This document shows, in pieces, positions 12,853 through 25,187 of a stretch of 64,000 nt of DNA. Under the pieces are notes generated by a model that did not search any database, had not been told where the DNA came from, and saw only the letters and a list, made by a program, of their open reading frames with translations. Every line of letters starts with the position of its first letter. Position 1 is the first letter of the stretch. Both the position numbers and the translations under genes were made by a program. Origin of the DNA: Catajapyx aquilonaris. Lineage: Eukaryota. The DNA lies in assembly GCA_000934665.2 (NCBI GenBank), contig KZ539116.1, positions 1-64,000 of the forward strand. Direction: 5' to 3'.

Positions 12853-13257
12853 TCAGGTGACGTTAATGTCGTCGTCGTCTTCGTCCCTGGCACAATCGAG
12901 CTCTTCGTCGTCCTCTTCGTCATCATCTTCGTCGTCATTGGCGCCGTTGGACGTATTGGCCCCGTTCCTTTGCTGCTGCTGCTGCGGCTGCTGTTGCCCT
13001 CCGCTGATTGCGGATGACCCAGAAGGACGGTTTGGGTCAGGGGAGAGTGACGGGGAGGAGAGGTCAGCCTTTGACCCTGTGGGGCAAAGGTCGAGTCCGC
13101 TTCCGTGTTTGGGTTTGTCGCTTTCGGCGTCGCTCAGGTCGGGCTTTGGGTTGTTCTTGGTGGGCAGGGTCTGTTCCCGTGAGCCACCATTGGCCAACAG
13201 CTCTCGCTCCTTTGAATTACGCCACTTCATGCGACGGTTTTGGAACCAGATCTTTAC
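12853..13257 (-). CDS. Dbx: Dbx last coding exon (VKIWFQNRRMKWRNSKERELLANGGSREQTLPTKNNPKPDLSD...acidic tail...DINVT*)
   Basis: Helix 3 WFQNRR followed by the Dbx-specific SKERELL..GG.REQTLPTK.NP.PDLSD. Acceptor cag|GTA; TGA at 12853-12855. Confidence 0.95.
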   Translation of the reverse strand, partial: VKIWFQNRRMKWRNSKERELLANGGSREQTLPTKNNPKPDLSDAESDKPKHGSGLDLCPTGSKADLSSPSLSPDPNRPSGSSAISGGQQQPQQQQQRNGANTSNGANDDEDDDEEDDEELDCARDEDDDDINVT

Positions 13258-13961
13258 CTGTCGGGGCATTAAGAAGGTTTTAGCAATTTATTTTCATGTT
13301 CGAACGTTTCATTTGCATCAACGACACTATAGTTCATCAACATTATTTATAGGTTAGAAAGTTGTCTTTATCAAATATTTGTATTAGGCCTATACCTTCA
13401 TTGACTTAACTCATGAGTGTGCAATTTTCTTAAAAAATAACATTGTTGCATGATATTTTGATATACAAGACTAACAAAGTAATATGCCGTTACCCAACAT
13501 ATTTTCGCGGAACACGTTCGAGAGCTTCGTGGAACACCGGTTGAAGGCCGCTGCTTTCAATCAACTTAACTCAGCTCCCCATTGTCTTATCAATATAATA
13601 CATAGGACGTACGGCCAATAACATTACTCTCGTATAAATGGCAGCAGATATGGCAAATTATATGCCTATTACATGACAATGTATTATGTATACTACTCAT
13701 CAATTTTCGGATCGTAAGCGTCATTACGGCGCAGGGGCAGCAATTCAAGTTTGGCAACTTCTCCATGTGAATTATCCTGCTGAATATGCAAGTAAGTTAC
13801 CGCCCGTGATAGCGGAGTTGTCTAGAGAGGATATTAGCTCAAACTCATTTGAACATTGCTAAAACTGAACTGCCACCTCACGCCATGACGCTTTTCCTAG
13901 GCAATCCTGTAGGTCATGTTGGTCTTGTAATACTGTAGAGTGTAGATCAAGGAATCATATA

Positions 13962-14385
13962 CAGGGTGTATCTGAACTCAGTGCCCCGACGTATATGACT
14001 GCCTTCCTAGCCACCAGAGGATCGATTTAAGTATAGGAGTCATATGTCTGGGCAGCCTCATTACTGAGATACACTCTTTAGCGATTTTTGCGTAATCGCT
14101 CCTTCTGACTTTTAAATAGAATTTTCTGGTGTAACTAGCCAAAGAGGCCTTACCACCTGTGGGCAACAAATCAACAAAGTCCGGCCCCCAGACCTTCCAG
14201 AGCCTTCTGATTGGGGGAGGGTTCGATGGGTGGCCTAACCGACAGGATATTTTGTACTACAGGTTTGCGGCCAATTATCTCAGTAATGAGGCTGCCCAGA
14301 CATATGACTCCTATACTTAAATCGATCCTCTGGTGGCTAGGAAGGCCGTCATATACGTCGGGGCACTGAGTTCAGATACACCCTG
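13962..14385. mobile_element. Tc1/mariner-type MITE with ~110-bp near-perfect TIRs, in the last Dbx intron
   Basis: TA|cagggtgtatctgaactcagtgccccgacg...cgtcggggcactgagttcagatacaccctg|TA. Confidence 0.92.
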
Positions 14386-14731
14386 TATACCTGTCCTCTG
14401 TGCGGGAATTACTGATCACCCTGCGAGAGAGAGAGGAATATTCATGATTCAACGACGTCTCTCATACCCAGCCTCTTTTCACCGTTGTTGTCTATCCCTT
14501 CTAAAGTGCAAGTTCCCAACGTTGTGTAGTGGCTTACAATATTTTTATATTCAATATCATTTCTGTTACTACACAATAATTATGCTCTCTCTCTCTCTCG
14601 CGCGCGCACTACTCATTTTGGGGTCTCCTATATTTTGGTGAATTGAAAAGTTTTATAAGCCTGTTCCTACAAAGTTATAATATTTCGTACCAGAGCTGTT
14701 ATTTTGTGAGGAAGAAGTCTATGTAACTACA

Positions 14732-14856
14732 GTCTCAATTAGCTTCGGCCACTTTATCCTGGTCTGGAAGCAACCCTTCGCACATGCCACACGGTGAGGT
14801 GTGTGTGTGAAGGGTTGCTTCAAGACCAGGATAAAGTGGCCGAAACTAATTGACAC
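14732..14856. repeat. Palindrome/hairpin with ~50-bp stem
   Basis: caattagcttcggccactttatcctggtctggaagcaacccttc ... gaagggttgcttcaagaccaggataaagtggccgaaactaattg. Confidence 0.9.
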
Positions 14857-17800
14857 CGATAGTACATTTGCAGCACAAACTGCGTAAACAATTAGGCTAA
14901 TATTCCTGGGTTAACATTCAGGCCCTATATTTGTGTCATTTACTTTCTCATGCATCGCTTTGCATCACGCCGCTTATGTGTCACAATGAACCACCTACCA
15001 TATACAGTAGGCCTATATTGTGGTATTATTAAATCTAAGTAACGTTTTGAAAACAATACACAGGGTGCCTACAATTGAAAATTCCATTTATACTAGATTC
15101 TCGACCATAGCTAATAGGGACTGCGGTGTAATCGACACGAATTCAGAAGATTGCGGGTAGAAACGACATCGCATATCTATTGGGTTCAGATTGACTCTCA
15201 GCTGTAGCTCTGAATAGAGAGGTGTGATCAGAAACGAAAAAGTCATGGCAGCCTGTCAAAATATCTGTAGCAAAGCCGCCGGCCACTATCACCAACATAT
15301 TAGTTGCGCACATTACGCGATTTCCACACACTGTAACATGATACAACGATGATTGGAAACTCCTTTGTAAGACTAGGCTGGCACCTAGTTGGTCGGCATG
15401 TGACATGACGCCAATATTCTAGGGGCCACATCACCAAACATAGCACCTGTTAGTGGCAATAAACTTGCAGATGAAGCAAGTGTCGAGAAGATGACGGACT
15501 ATCGATGAAGCCAACGTCGATGGAAGCCCCCCCGTCAGAGTAAAGGAAGTCAGCAGGAGAGGAAGAGGGAATAAGGAAAAGGGAGGAAAGAGAGAAGATT
15601 TGGCGTGTGGGCGTTTATTGAGGCCATCATCGGCGGGGCGCCTGCTTGGTGACAGATTGGGCTCATTTATCAAGCGATATTGCTGAATTGGGAAGGTATC
15701 AAGGAAGCAATATGAAATTCAAGAGGGCATTTCTCGGAGGGGGCGGCAGCAGCTCGGGGCCTCCTTATTGGCTGGCAGATGGTCGATCGGCGGTCTGGCT
15801 CGCAGGCAGGCAGACCCCCCCCCCCCNTTTTTGCTTTTGCTATGGGGGGACTATGAGGGTGGAGAGAGAGGGGGGGTATACCTATAGTCGCTGCTGCTAG
15901 TGCTGCTGCTGCAGGCCTGCTGATGCCGGGGCCTTATCGAGCGCCTTCCATTTTATTGGGCAAGTTCGGGGCGAGACGCCGGCGCCACATTGGCTACAGC
16001 TGTTGCCGCCAACTGACGTCACCTTTATATGCCCATGGATTCATTTGAAAGCTCATAATGACGCCGATATTAATATTGCCCGGCGGAATTGCCGCTGAAA
16101 GGGGGCAATTGGGGGTGAAATATGGGCGAATGATGGCTTAATTCATTTCTGAAGCGCCGCCCGATGCCGTAATGCTCGCGGGCGTCAACTGGCATTGATA
16201 GTTCAGAAGAAATTCAATCTGTGCATTTGATGGGGGCGCTTTGGGGAGCCGCTGCCGCGGAAAATTCGCTTCCCCACGGCAAGGAAGAGGGGACTCCAGT
16301 TTGTAAACCAACTCAATCGATATTAATTACTGCAAAAATCCCTCCCGGCCTACCGCCAGCCAACACAAACCTTACTATACTCTGCAGTCTGCACTATATC
16401 TATACATGCTCCTGCTATATAGACCATACTGCGGCTATATTTCACTTACATATTTACTACCTACTGCTGTAGTGTGTTGTATGAGTACAAGGTTGGAAAT
16501 AAAGGGGGACTCCAGACAAGATGGCTGACCGAGTTGGACGTGTTTCACTAGGGGGGCTAAGTAAAAGACCCGAATAAAACACTGCATTGGATTTCTTTGC
16601 AGTTTGGATCACCACAAGTCTGATAGACCCTTATTCATAAGTTGTTCAGCATTTTATTATCGACACGTATGAATCGGTGTCGATCAATTCTACAAGTTTA
16701 GGACTAGCTTGGATCAGTAGTGAATTTATAACAGTCTGTCACTCTATGTTTTTCGTAAAAAGTGATGCGTTGTTACACAACCATCAGCTCTATAGCAAGA
16801 AAGTTAGAAAGAATGGGCATCTTTACGTTGCCAGAATATTGATGGTTTTATATCTCCAGAATACATTTATTCGCAACTTTCTTTGAGGTAAACTATAAAT
16901 TACAAGCTAGAAATGCCAAGGCTTTGTTAGTGCTCCCAATATAATTCAAAGTTACTTCCGAAGTTATTTATTCATACACTATTATGATCCTGTGATGCGA
17001 TTATGAGTTCACGCGCTAATGTCAACGAAAATGCCAAATTTTGCAAAATTGTTACACAGCTCCTGATATACAAAAAAAAAACTTTCTAATATTATGACGG
17101 CACCCTGCCATCTAGGTCAATTGCAGTAATGTGGCCCTCCCCGGATGATGATAATTTTAATCCATTCATTATGAGCGCCACTGGCGCTTTGTCGGCGGCC
17201 GTTCACGAGGGATCATGGAAAAACGGTTGGGAACCGGTTCAGCTTGGTGGGTTCCACTTAGGGCCAAGTTCAGTGACGCAAATGAGGAGCCCGAGCAGGA
17301 CAAGACCCCAGACTGGCTTCACTCCAGGCACTTTCGCCTGTAAGTTGCACCACCAGGCCGCACAAGAGAGGCTCTTGGGTTCCATAAGCGAAAGGACAAA
17401 TCCCCCTAGTTGGGATGAGAGACAGCTCATTTCAAATTCTAAACAACAGCAGTGTGTGGATATGCCACCGTCAACAAGTGAGTGCGAGAGGCGAAGATGA
17501 ATGTTGCAGGAGGCATGTTATAGCCATGCGCCGCGTACTGCATAGGCACTAGTGTATATGTATGGCTAATTAGATGGGTGAATGCAAGCGGGGAGGAGGG
17601 TTGGGAGGTAGGGGGGGTGGGCGAGCATGTGTGAGGATGTGGATTGGAGGCGAGCTGCCATGTCTCTCGGCTAGTTACATGCCCATCAATTCTCTCTCCT
17701 CTCGCTCTGTGCCCCCCACCCTCAACCATCCCTACCACCCACACTAGAAGCATAACATCATTTTGAATACAGTCAACTTCTCATCAAATAACCGAGTGTA

Positions 17801-18773
17801 TAAAAACCACGTAATATCAGCCTGGGTGTTTCCCAACTCACACTTTGGGAAATAAGGCTTATGCGCCAGTGCAAACGTGACTGCTGCAGCAGATGACTAA
17901 ATGGCCATTAAGCAAAGAATTGGTCATGTGCGCAGCATCACATGTCTGCAGAAGGCACTCACGACCACTCGTTTGTTTTGAATAAGGGGGCGTCCCCCTA
18001 TCCCCATCCCCCCCAAACTATACTCTCCCTATCCCCCCCCCCCACCTCCCCAAATCCTAATTCCTCCGATTCTAGCTCATTGTGATTATGCAGCACCTTG
18101 ACTTTATTATCCAATTTACCGGTTGAGTTGCGATCATTTGATCCGATAGGGGAGTGGAGGAGGGGTATAAGGGTATAGATGGAATGGGGGGACCCCCTCT
18201 GGAAACATGCAATTCGCAGATTTCATTCAAATGTCAGGGGTGGGAGTGGGGGTGGAAAGAAATCTTCAAGTTAGTGATTATTGACTTTTATCCAGCGCCT
18301 ACTTTCCTAAAACTTTCTGGATAAATGGAATAATAATTTCAGAGATGTGCTCCGGGTCTGACTTCCACTCGTTTTTTTTTCTCTCTCCTCCTCTTTTTCT
18401 ACTGAACTTACAACCGTGATTTCCTCCCCTTTTCTTTTTGCAAGTCAGAACCCTCCCAGCCTTATAATAATCGCACGATAAAATTGATTGGTTTGCTAAT
18501 CATCTTAATTAAGAACTTGATTAATTCAGGAGGAGTCTAATTAGGCCGCAAAGCTACGATTTTATGATGAGGGAATCGGAATCGATCCTGGTTTTTCTGC
18601 CAAGCAATAACGCTCCAGTCCTACGTTAAGTAATGAAAAATAACATTAATTTGCAGTCAAATGAATTCATGACGAATGAATGAAGGAACACAGCCGAGAA
18701 TTCAGTTTTTTCGTATACATTTTTCTTCACCAATATCATATAAACTACATTACAATAATATAACTTCATTTGC

Positions 18774-18774
<1 letters not shown>

Positions 18775-18813
<39 letters not shown>
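18775..18813. repeat. (AAT)n microsatellite
   Basis: Direct reading of the sequence. Confidence 0.9.
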
Positions 18814-19774
18814 TTTGCTCTAATTCCGGTTAGTACAGTATAGCTTTGATGCCCCGCTTTTTTCGATCACCATGTGCAATCTTGCAAGCTTGATGCAAGT
18901 GAAATATTATGAGCAGAATATCGAATTTTCCATGTTGAAAATAACAAAACAGGTATGGATATTCTATATCTGACTAACATAATGCAAAATCAGTTTATCT
19001 TATGAATGTTTAACGTGTGCGCATGTTTATTTTATTAGTACTATAGTGATCAGTATACGAATCCTTAGTAATAATGTAGGGCTGGAGGCGCTTTGGTTAG
19101 CGGAGCGTTGGGATAAGCGTGCTTTCATTATTCATTTTTAGGCCGAACTTAGCTGGCCATCACTTCAGTTTATATCCTACTGAATAGTGATCGCAAGTTA
19201 AGAAAAACATTGCCTCACAGCGAGTGGAGTACAGATATTCGTTTCTACATATTTCAATAATGTGATGTAAAAGGTGAAGCGGGAAATTCCGTATATTTAT
19301 TTTAACGGATGAATGTTCAATGTTCGCTGCAGGAAATGTATAGACATATACTGTTTTGTATTACATATTCAACAAACGAAATATTTTCATGATTTTGATG
19401 TCGAGACGACACCAGCCATTTGCTTATTGAAACTAAATCTAGATAACCTGCCGTGTATAGTTACCATATGTGGTCGCCTCCAGGAATCCTCCAAAATCTT
19501 AGGAATATTTTATAGGTGACATTTACTTTTCGCATGTACTAGAATAATTATTGATCATGCTGTAGACATTGCAGTATATAGTCTGTTGATTCTTTTGCGC
19601 ACTTTCTGGGATACATTTTCAACGGGGAAAAACAATCGTCGGAGGCGATGTCCCAATCGAACACAGTCAACACACGATGATGCAGGGTTTCACGTATACA
19701 GTATAGAGTAGCACCGGTTCTCAAAGTTCGGTCAGTGGCCTCCGTTCTCCTGACCGACTGAAAGGCGGTATACA

Positions 19775-20238
19775 CAGTGCCGGATTTACCCCCTCGGCCG
19801 CCCCTAGGCAGTTGAGATCTGCCGCCCCCCCCCNCCCCAATGCCGCTTAAAATTTCATTTTTTTTGTCGAGTTCTCTCTTTCATTTATTTTATACCAATT
19901 TTATATTCCAACTCTTTAAACTTATGGCCGCCCTTAGGCTTTTCTACCTGTGGCAAATCCGGCACTGGGAACCCCCCCGACGAAATATTCTAATTTTTTA
20001 ATGATTTCGCCTTTATTTCTTATTATTGTAGCCTGTTTGAAAAATATTTATTGCAACTTGCGGCCGCCCCTATGCAATTTCCTACTCTGCCCAATGGTAA
20101 ATCCGGCGCTGCTTCCCAGTCGCGTAATTATTTGTTATTAATTTTTCGTTTACTTTTTTGTATGCCTAAATTTGCCGCCCCTTGAAATCTGCCGCCCTAG
20201 GCAACTGCCTAGGTTGCCTTGCCGTAAATCCGGCGCTG
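19775..20238. mobile_element. hAT MITE with reiterated 3' ends
   Basis: TIR cagtgccggatttac...gtaaatccggcgctg. Perfect 8-bp TSD ggtataca. Internal gccgcccct repeats. Confidence 0.9.
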
Positions 20239-21691
20239 GGTATACAGGAGATCAGCTTGATGCAAAAAGTCCGCGACATTTCATCCGATAAGGATGTTAC
20301 CTAAATTATGAAACACGAGGTATAATAATGGAAGACAGCATTTCACCAGTATTGTAAGAGCCAAATCTCAGCTTTTCAGATCGGTTGGGATATGCACTAA
20401 TTTATTCTTCTCCCGACTTGAGGCATGCACTCAAATCAGTTAGCCTAAACTGTTTGTTTTTTGTTTTTTGGTGTTGTTGTTGTTGTTGTTGTTTTTTTTT
20501 TTGGTNTTTTTTTTTGGGGGGGGGGGGGTGAATGACAATTTGCTTGTGGGGATAAGCGTGGTCAAAGTGGGCCGCTGTATATCTTCTTGACTCTCCATAA
20601 GTGTATCGCGGTCAAAAAAAAGAGAAAAAAAAAGAGTTTGACAAGAACTGTCTCTTAAAGGATCTGGTAATTTTTTCGTAAATCCGTGATGCTGGTCATA
20701 CTTGTATACCACGGCAGCCCAACTTGACTCCTAATTTATTTTAGTATTTCCTTTTCGGGGACAAGTCTGGAACAACTGACGCATTGAAAGGAAATATTGC
20801 AAATTACATTAGGAATATTTAGAACTGTGACTTACTGCCAACAGCAACATGCATAGCCGTGTTTAAATGTGTCTGACGGAGCTACACAGTGGTCATTTTA
20901 AGACATATACATAATCTGGCGTCACCTTATTGCGTATGAAACATGCAAATCAGTCATAAATTTTTGACAATATTGTTCACCACTGTTCCCGAAGAATGAG
21001 TGTTGTGTCTATATGTAGACTACTGGATTTTACAGGCTATATTAATGATATGTTGCACCGCGATGAATATTAGTCCCAAGATTAGTTCAGTATGCAACAT
21101 TCCGATATAATTTTCAAAATGAATGTTATAACTACGTTGAATGAGCTGTGCAAAGACACGGTGTTAGATAAGTTTTGTGTAAGTTACCCTGCGTACTTGT
21201 GGCCATTATGGCCGGTTGTATAAATGCAAATTGAGGAACCTATTTTCTTGGAATATATACTGTATAATGATTGTGTATCGTATACATAATCGCAGATTTT
21301 CCGTAATTTACTTTCATAAACCCGGCCCTGTAAAAGCGATGGAAGAATCCTGAAAGAAATAACGCTCGACATTATATAGAGCTCTGCTTTTACACCGGCC
21401 ATCGCTCGAGACGTGGTTGCGATGAAATGTGAGCGTGACTATGCCATACTTCACGAAGTTAACCGAAGTCACATGATCGTGTCTCTGCCCCTCTATTAAA
21501 CTATGCTGAAAAATTAGTGTGTTTATCTACATCCTGACAGTTGAAACACCCACGTCAGCACATAATTAAGCAGAGAATCTATACAATGACGTGAGAGTGG
21601 CTTGGCATATCACAAAGGGATTTCAAAGAAGACCGCAGGGCAAACTATAACAATGCTGTACTGTTGATGACATACATAACTTAAAACTGAC

Positions 21692-21999
21692 CTGAGAGTC
21701 TTTAAGTCCTAGTTTTTCTGCCAGCTTCTTCCGGTCAGGCTTAGAAATGTACTTTTGTATCTGAAATCTCTTCTCCAGTCCTTTTCTCTGTAGATCGGAG
21801 AAGACCGCCCTCCTCATCATCCCACGCCGGGGTTTGCCCCGGAGTCCACTGGCCCACGGGAAGGAGCCAGGCAGTGGGAAAACCCCGGGCGAAGCTCCTA
21901 CAGAGCTGGCCGTGCTGACGGGGCAAAGGCCAGCCCCGGGTCCGCCCCCGCCCGCGTGCACCACGCCGCCGGACGTCGACACCGTCACCGGGGTCGTCA
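21692..21999 (-). CDS. Dbx: Dbx coding exon, homeodomain N-terminal part (PLPGSFPW...RGKPRRGMMRRAVFSDLQRKGLEKRFQIQKYISKPDRKKLAEKLGLKDSQ)
   Basis: Near-identical to the Dbx-family homeodomain and its upstream PxPGxFxW motif. Acceptor gtcttgctacttcag|TG; phase-0 donor CAG|gtcagt. Confidence 0.95.
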
Positions 22000-22134
22000 C
22001 TGAAGTAGCAAGACAGACACATGGAGGCAAGTGGGCTTCCACTTGGAAGTCCAGCCGACGTTTGGAGTGACAGCTTCCCTCCCACTTCCTTCACCCTCTC
22101 ACACATGCAGAGTAAGATCAAAGGTGGTACGTAC

Positions 22135-22275
22135 CTGTGAGGTAGGGATGCCTGCAAGCAAGCAGCGTGGTGAGGTGAGGGTCGAAAAGAGGCGCCGGCG
22201 CCGCCGGTCGAGGTATCGGCTTGGCAATGTTAGACGAATATCCGGACAAATATGGGCTGCTACCAACCACAGACC
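22135..22275 (-). CDS. Dbx: Dbx coding exon (GSVVGSSPYLSGYSSNIAKPIPRPAAPAPLFDPHLTTLLACRHPYLT)
   Basis: Acceptor tttagtttcag|GG and donor ACA G|gtacgt; 141 nt, phase 1-1, in frame with the homeobox exon. Not shown in the ORF track because it is too short. Confidence 0.8.
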
Positions 22276-23714
22276 CTGAAACTAAATCGTAACAATAGTA
22301 AGCTCAAGAAGGGGGCCAAAACCCTCCAAAAAATAAACTCCAAAAAAAACCGGTTTTGGAACTTCCAAGACCGTTTATTTTGAAAATAACATACAATAAA
22401 GTGGATTGGCTCTATCCAGGCAATTTTTAGGACGGATGATCCGTTCTACATGAAGCAGGCGGACCATATAAAAAAAGTGCATCGTCGAAGCTTAAAAAGC
22501 AGCTGTTAAAACTGAATCGAAATTCCTGTCTCCGTTGTGGAGATGCTTTTCAAAACACAGTTTATAGAGGGGCTAGGCTTATTTGCGGACGCTTATATTG
22601 TGCGGGGTGTTTGTGTTGTCGGTGGGTTCCGCCGTGGCCACAAAAGAGGAGTTGAGGCCCCTGAATCCACGTGTGGGGTCCCCCCCCCCCCTCTCCCCAC
22701 CTCATCCTCCATCTCCCTACCCCTCCACTCCCCACCAACTTCCCTCTATGTGCACTTATATAGCATACACAAGTGGGCGGGGACAAAGCAGACATATCCT
22801 AGAGACTAGACTCGTGTGGGTGTTTTATATTTTGGTGTGGAGGGGGGAGGGGGGATAATCCGGTGACCTGAGTCGTCCCTCCCAGGCCGCGGAAAAGCTC
22901 TTGTGCAAACCATGCCGGCGGACTGTTTGCAAAGCATATTACGCCTAATTGGACAGGGATTTTGGATCATCTCGTCAGCGTGAAATCTCCTTGTCCTGCT
23001 ACTGCGTGGGGTCAGAGGTTCGGTATCAACATCGTTGGGTTATTCACTTGTGATATTTACTTAGGTCTCTTGTACAATGTTTGACAAAATGAAATGGGTC
23101 ATTTGTTATATAATTTATGTAAAGGCCCGAAACTGGAGGCACTGGACCGTGCGCATTGTTATTAAACAATCCTGTCCATCAATTTATTATTAGTTGTGGC
23201 ATTTTTATTCTGCTTTTGTAGGTTACATGGCTTTTTGTCGACCGATATGAGTATGTATATTTTGTAATCCTGTTATCACATAATAGACCGTAGTAGTCAT
23301 CGTCTTTCAGTCCGATTACAAAGTTGTAGCAGTATAAGTTTTCTAATAACAATAAGATTAATTATTTACCAAACTAATTATGGCAATGAAATGAGCATTA
23401 CGACTTTCCAGGCTTTGTTTAAGTTCTTCGTCATGGGTTAAGATTATGTAATATTCATTTGGTTAAGGAATAATTGCGCTATTATAAGGTCATATGCATT
23501 TATAAAATTAGTGTTGTAATTATAAAGTCATATACGTAAATTTACATGCGCATGATTTGAAATAATCAAAACCCCTTGTGATAGTTTCTCCTCCAACTGT
23601 TCATTACAATTTATAACTTACAAGTTAGTGTACTTCAGTAAAAGGCTAAAGTAAGAATGTAATTTTTTTGCAAGACTCCCGCACTAAGATTCAAAGACGT
23701 GTAGGCCTAGGCGT

Positions 23715-23715
<1 letters not shown>

Positions 23716-23791
<76 letters not shown>
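23716..23791. repeat. (TAA)n microsatellite
   Basis: Direct reading of the sequence. Confidence 0.95.
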
Positions 23792-23792
<1 letters not shown>

Positions 23793-23894
23793 CAATTTTA
23801 TGTCTCCCAAAAGTTTCCGAAAACTACCAGTTGTAGAAGAGTTATGCAAAAACTTGTAAATGTAAACAGATATACAGTATACAGAATAACTCAT

Positions 23895-24298
23895 AGAATC
23901 CCTTCCAGGATGGATTTTGCGGTGACCAAAGATAATATTATTATTGCTATTATTATTATTGGATGTGCAGTAGTTCCTATTAATATTTGATGAAAAATTC
24001 AATCCAATTTTAATCATCTGTTGTCTGACACGTGAAAACCTGCCCTTGAAAAATTAGCCATCAGCTGCAATTGTCATAGAAATTAATATAAAAATCCTGC
24101 CAGATTCTTAGCACTTTGTGGCCATTTCAAATGCGAAAACAATGCAAATTATCAATTTTCAAGTCCAGGTTTTCACTACTCAGACAACAGACATTTTAAA
24201 CTGAGTTTCACTGTTCCATCTACCGTAAAATATTATTATGAACAACATCCAATAAAAACTATTGTTATTCACCTCAAAATCCAGCTTGCAGGGATCCT
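23895..24298. mobile_element. Degenerate foldback MITE, probably the same family as 4362-4959
   Basis: Inverted arms tggattttgcggtga/tcacctcaaaatcca and ctgttgtctga..gtgaaaacctg/caggttttcac..tcagacaacag. Ends in gggatcct. Confidence 0.7.
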
Positions 24299-25187
24299 TC
24301 ATTGGCTTTCACGTTAGAAATTGCCTATTCTACAGGCATGCTTTTACATATCATAGTTTTCAGTAAGTTATGTAGTCGCGGCTAATCGTGTGTTTTTTTG
24401 TGTCGAAGTATTTCAAAAGTTCTTTCAAAAACAGCTTTATACACTTCCGCAAAATGATTCAGAAATTATGCAAGCTTGTGCTCAATCCTACACTCATTTA
24501 CAGTACATGCCTCAGTAGTACCGGTATTCTCCCTTCCCCACCACTGACCTACACCACACTTGTGTCCCCCCCATTCCCGACACCAGAAATGCAAAGTGTG
24601 ATAAAATATTCATTTGGCGGATGAAATTTTGAGCAGCTGAATCAAGCAGTTTTATTCGCTTTCGTAAAATAAGCTCATTAGTTCTGATAAATAAAGTGCA
24701 TTGATGACCCAGCTCACTATGGCAAAAAGTTCATTGCATTAATATGAGCGACATAATAAGTGGTATTATGAATATACCGGAATTAAAAAATAGCATTTGC
24801 AGCTTTTTTTTTTAAACCATTGGAAATACAGTTCAGTAGGCGAGGTTTCGGACATCATGACCATACACCATCATTTAACTTGCATTCATTCCGTAATTCC
24901 CATTTTCTGATGATCGAAAATAAATTCAGTATCCCATTTTGACTGCAGGCTATTGCTAATCCGCATTAAAACAATATCACTTTTTGTTCCCCGCTGCATA
25001 AACGCAAACGGTGACAAACGCTAAACGACTCGCTAATGAATTTGGCGCTATGCATTGTATACAGTTCAGCAATTATGCAGCATATTTACGCAAGCCTAAA
25101 GCTTTCACTATACATGTCCAGTGCATCACATAGTCCTGAACACGTAAAGAAAAAGAATATTGACCTCAAGTTAGGTTGTCGTTTTAC

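Noticed and set aside
12752..13357. 201-aa plus-strand ORF
   Set aside because: Antisense shadow of the Dbx last exon; low complexity.
21692..21999. Assignment as H2.0/Hlx instead of Dbx
   Set aside because: RRGMMRRAVFS, LGLKDSQVKIWF and SKERELL...REQTLPTK are diagnostic of Dbx.
22135..22151. Apparent 17-nt Dbx microexon (ttgcag|GCATCCCTACCTCACAG|gt)
   Set aside because: It would need a phase-2 upstream intron. The frame is open back to a better phase-1 acceptor at 22275, so it is the 3' end of a 141-nt exon.
22865..22945. Additional Dbx exon candidate (GVICFANSPPAW...)
   Set aside because: The donor phase is incompatible with the downstream phase-1 exon, and there is no homology.
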